Positions 43,638 through 46,023 of a stretch of 46,023 nucleotides of DNA are shown one piece after another. Below the pieces are notes generated by a model. The model did no database searches, was not told the origin of the DNA, and saw only the letters and a program-made list of their open reading frames with translations. A program made the translations under genes and the position numbers. How positions within the stretch are numbered: the stretch's first letter is position 1; each line of letters starts with the position of its first letter. Source of the stretch: a virus; the IMG/VR virus record IMGVR_UViG_3300014493_000001. One strand, written 5' to 3'.

Positions 43638-43650
43638 GGCGAATTACCAC
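43638..43650 (+). promoter_or_regulatory. GGCGAATTACCAC box (copy f)
   Basis: It lies in the 37-nt gap between a minus-strand gene and ATG 43663. It shares the extension ACTCAG(C)AGGGG with copy b. Confidence 0.5.
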
Positions 43651-43662
43651 TCAGAGGGGAAC

Positions 43663-43857
43663 ATGGCGGGGTGGATTTCGGCGGTGGTGGCGTTTTTGGC
43701 GATCGCAGGCCAACTGGTGAACGTGTATCTGAATCTGAAGCTGCGGAACTCCGTGCTCGAGTCAGAGACGCGAATACTCTCCGAGGTGGCCCTCACCTAT
43801 AAGCGCAAAGACGTCTGTGCGGCGGAGATGTCGGCGCTGGTGCGCGAGAGCTCTTAA
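43663..43857 (+). CDS. Small membrane protein
   Basis: 64 aa beginning MAGWISAVVAFLAIAGQLVNVYL, with SD AGAGGGGA. Confidence 0.5.
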   Translation: MAGWISAVVAFLAIAGQLVNVYLNLKLRNSVLESETRILSEVALTYKRKDVCAAEMSALVRESS

Positions 43858-44249
43858 TTTTGCGCGCCCGTGAGCAGGACCTTTTCGAGCACTGTCATCT
43901 GCCATTCTTTGCCCGAGTTGTCGAGCAGGTAGAACTTACCCTTCACGAGCGCATACTTCACGGAGCCGTGCAACGTGACATCCGGCGTGTGGCCGCCTCG
44001 CGCGGCGCACATGACCTGGTAGACGAGGCCCGGCGTCTCGATCCGCAGACCGAGCCAAGCCGTGGGGCTGAAATTGAGTGAGAGGGAAGGCCCGGCGGCT
44101 GCGGGGTCGGGGAGGCTGCCGAACATTGCCACAGGCGGCTCGCGTTGCAGAGCGTGAGCAGTCTCGATGATAGTTCCGGGTTTCCACTCCCGCTTGGGCG
44201 CCGCGGCGAATACCGCGCAGACTGCGGCGAGCACTAGGAGTACTCTCAT
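43854..44249 (-). CDS. Secreted protein (signal peptide)
   Basis: N-terminus MRVLLVLAAVCAVFAAAPK. 131 aa. Confidence 0.6.
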   Translation of the reverse strand: MRVLLVLAAVCAVFAAAPKREWKPGTIIETAHALQREPPVAMFGSLPDPAAAGPSLSLNFSPTAWLGLRIETPGLVYQVMCAARGGHTPDVTLHGSVKYALVKGKFYLLDNSGKEWQMTVLEKVLLTGAQN

Positions 44250-44416
44250 TTGGCGGCCTTCTTTCTTTTGTTCCCCCAGCGTTTGAGCGCGCCCTTTCTG
44301 CCCTGCTCTTTGCGTTGCTCAGGGGTGAGGGCTGATGTGCCCTTTGGGACGCGCGCGGCGCCGCCCTTGGCTCCGATCGTAGCTAGGTATTCGCTGATGA
44401 CGTCCTGCTTAGCCAT
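44246..44416 (-). CDS. Small basic KGG/TPEQR...RW-motif protein
   Basis: 56 aa, below the ORF-track cutoff: MAKQDVISEYLATIGAKGGAARVPKGTSALTPEQRKEQGRKGALKRWGNKRKKAAK. ATGA overlap with the downstream gene. Confidence 0.45.
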   Translation of the reverse strand: MAKQDVISEYLATIGAKGGAARVPKGTSALTPEQRKEQGRKGALKRWGNKRKKAAK

Positions 44417-44469
44417 AAGTCTACCTTAAGCCGTTAAAACCTTTTTTGCAACGCCGGTGCTGTTTTCTC

Positions 44470-44498
44470 TTGATTGTTTAAGCTGCTTAAGCTATTCT
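44470..44498 (+). promoter_or_regulatory. Sigma-70-like promoter with a palindromic operator in the spacer
   Basis: TTGATT (44470..44475), a 17-nt spacer, then TATTCT (44493..44498). The palindrome TTAAGC-T-GCTTAA lies at 44478..44490, and a third TTAAGC half-site at 44426..44431. Confidence 0.45.
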
Positions 44499-44518
44499 GG
44501 TTTCAGGAGGCAATGCGA

Positions 44519-45148
44519 ATGAGCGCGGCGTACATGGTGAGCCCGAGACCGATCGAGTCGAAGCCGATCAGTGGACTGAGAGAGCCGGTGGAATTCGAGC
44601 CAAACAAGCCGGTCGAGATGGCGTTGAAGTACTCGCAGGGCAAGACGGTGAACACGCGGACCGGAGAGAGAGTGATGTTCTCACTGGTCGACGGGCGGGT
44701 GATGTTCCTGGATCCGGAGCCGGCGGCGAAGATCGCGGCACTGGGCGCGCGGGCGGGTGAAAAGATTTGCGTGTGCATGCAGTGGAGCGGGAAGCGCGGG
44801 GATCCGCGCGAGTGGACGGCCTGGCTATCGACGGACTCGGAGCTCCGGAGGGCGCAATCGGACGCCAGGGCGAACGGCGACAAGTGGAACGATCGTAGAC
44901 TGGAGGACAAGATGATTCAACGGGTGGAATCGGCTGCGCAGGCACCGCCGATCGCCGCGGCGGCGCCGGCAGCGCAGCAGATGATGAGTCCCGAATCGCT
45001 GGCATTGCTCTCGCAGTGCCGGCAGCTGGTGGACGTCTTTTGGTTCACCCTGTCGTACGCTCGCAAGGAATACGGCGACCAGGTTAGCGCGCAAACGGTC
45101 CTCGGGCTGGTTCAGGCGGCCGCGGCGCCGAAGAAAGCGGGGCGCTGA
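44519..45148 (+). CDS. Hypothetical early protein
   Basis: 209 aa from the second ATG, 8 nt after AGGAGG. The first ATG at 44513 lies only 2 nt from the SD. Confidence 0.6.
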   Translation: MSAAYMVSPRPIESKPISGLREPVEFEPNKPVEMALKYSQGKTVNTRTGERVMFSLVDGRVMFLDPEPAAKIAALGARAGEKICVCMQWSGKRGDPREWTAWLSTDSELRRAQSDARANGDKWNDRRLEDKMIQRVESAAQAPPIAAAAPAAQQMMSPESLALLSQCRQLVDVFWFTLSYARKEYGDQVSAQTVLGLVQAAAAPKKAGR

Positions 45149-45253
45149 ATGCGGGAGATCGGCGCCGGAGTGCTGCTCGCGATCTACGCGGCCGACGTGT
45201 TTCTTGGGGCGCGCCTGCTATGGTACGCGTTCCATCGGACGAGGGGCAAATGA
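45149..45253 (+). CDS. Possible 34-aa membrane mini-ORF
   Basis: The ATG abuts the upstream TGA and the stop overlaps the next ATG. MREIGAGVLLAIYAADVFLGARLLWYAF. Confidence 0.25.
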   Translation: MREIGAGVLLAIYAADVFLGARLLWYAFHRTRGK

Positions 45254-45471
45254 TGAATACCGAGAGGATGCTCCGCGAATTGCACGACGAGCTCCGCGCC
45301 ATCGACACCGCGATCCGCCGGCTGGAGCGCGTGCGGGATGGGAAGGGCAAGCGCGGCCGGAAATCGATGGGCGCCGACGAACGGCAGGAAGTCTCCGCGC
45401 GCATGAAAAAGTACTGGGCAGGCACCAGGGCGGTGATTGTCACTCGCCTGCGGGATAAGGGGACAGAATGA
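45250..45471 (+). CDS. Small coiled-coil protein with SxxERQ...KKYW motif
   Basis: 73 aa with GAGGGG upstream. RGRKSMGADERQEVSARMKKYWAG. Confidence 0.5.
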   Translation: MMNTERMLRELHDELRAIDTAIRRLERVRDGKGKRGRKSMGADERQEVSARMKKYWAGTRAVIVTRLRDKGTE

Positions 45472-45668
45472 AAGTCACCTGCCCGGTTTGTAAGCGCGAG
45501 GTCGAGACCTGGCAGGAAGCGCCGGAGGTCATGGTATGGCACACCGGCAGGAGCCTGCCATTGCGGCGGTGTCCGGGATCGAATGTCACCCGGATCGAAG
45601 CCCTGGCTGGACCGGAGCCGGCCCGCCCGTACTTCAGGCAGGATGACCCGTGGCGAAAAGCCCGGTAA
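45468..45668 (+). CDS. Zinc-ribbon-like small protein
   Basis: CPVCKRE...RRCPGS. ATGA overlap upstream and TAATG overlap downstream. Confidence 0.5.
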   Translation: MKVTCPVCKREVETWQEAPEVMVWHTGRSLPLRRCPGSNVTRIEALAGPEPARPYFRQDDPWRKAR

Positions 45669-46023
45669 TGAGAGCAGCCATCTACGCCCGCGTGTCCACC
45701 AAACAGCAAAAGCAGGACATGCAGCTCGACGAGTGCCGGGCTTTCGCCAAGGTCAACGGCTGGGAAGTGGTGGAGTACCTCGAGACGGAAAGCAGCGTCA
45801 AAAAGCGCCCGATCTTCGACGGCATGATGGACGATGCGCACCGGCGCCGCTTCGATATTGTGATCGCCTGGAAGCTGGACCGCATAGCGCGATCGCTGAA
45901 AGACTTCCTCGACATCGCCCTTCGGCTGGAGAAATCGAACATCCGCTTCCTTTCCGTGACTCAGCGGATGATCGACACCGACCAGAAAGACCCCATGGGC
46001 CGTTTTCTTCTTCAGCTGTTCGC
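45668..46023 (+). CDS. Small serine recombinase (resolvase/invertase family), N-terminal part; continues at 124..358 after circularisation
   Basis: MRAAIYARVSTKQQ (catalytic Ser motif), DIVIAWKLDRIARS. The ORF has no stop before the window end. The joined product is 196 aa. Confidence 0.9.
   Translation, partial: MRAAIYARVSTKQQKQDMQLDECRAFAKVNGWEVVEYLETESSVKKRPIFDGMMDDAHRRRFDIVIAWKLDRIARSLKDFLDIALRLEKSNIRFLSVTQRMIDTDQKDPMGRFLLQLF
45901..46023. repeat. Terminal overlap copy B (identical to 1..123)
   Basis: Direct comparison. Confidence 0.99.

Larger units (their letters stand above)
1..45900. mobile_element. Complete dsDNA phage (or phage-plasmid) genome unit, 45,900 bp after collapsing the end overlap
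   Basis: Terminase, portal, capsid, lysis, fibre, methylase and two recombinase genes are present. 1..123 is identical to 45901..46023, so the record closes on itself. Confidence 0.8.

Overview
The window is one complete, GC-rich dsDNA phage (or phage-plasmid) genome of 45,900 bp. Positions 1..123 are identical to 45901..46023, and joining the ends restores a 196-aa small serine recombinase gene that the linearisation point cuts. I place about 65 CDSs. A leftward early operon (5654 to 542) carries an HNH nuclease, an N-terminally truncated C5-methyltransferase-like gene and a 565-aa unknown protein. It is followed by a Cre-like tyrosine recombinase and a LuxR-type regulator. A long rightward block then carries a phage-encoded group-3 (FliA-like) sigma factor, large terminase, portal, an embedded holin-like/GH24 endolysin cassette, and scaffold-like, decoration-like and HK97-type capsid genes. 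After these come Sec-signal-bearing and fibre-like proteins, an antisense Dam-type N6-adenine methylase, and a ~1,410-aa structural protein with seven tandem ~115-aa repeats. The block ends in a putative ejection module: a GNAT-like ORF, two low-complexity proteins, and a 1,913-aa polyvalent-type protein with a ParB/Srx domain and a degenerate histidine-phosphatase-like domain. I recognised no tRNA, rRNA, CRISPR array, reverse transcriptase, tail tube/sheath/tape measure, DNA polymerase or CI-type repressor. The strongest non-coding signal is a six-copy box, GGCGAAT(A/T)ACC, on the + strand just upstream of late genes. It resembles the sigma-28 -10 element, and one copy forms a near-canonical sigma-28 promoter in front of the capsid genes. 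Other non-coding signals are a 129-bp tandem repeat carrying long (CGT)4/(ACG)4 hairpins, a repeat cluster at the 3' end of the serine recombinase gene, interleaved inverted repeats upstream of the Cre-like gene, and several leaderless-type promoter/start arrangements. All functional calls come from motif recognition by eye, with no database search. Start codons are best guesses from SD spacing and gene overlaps.
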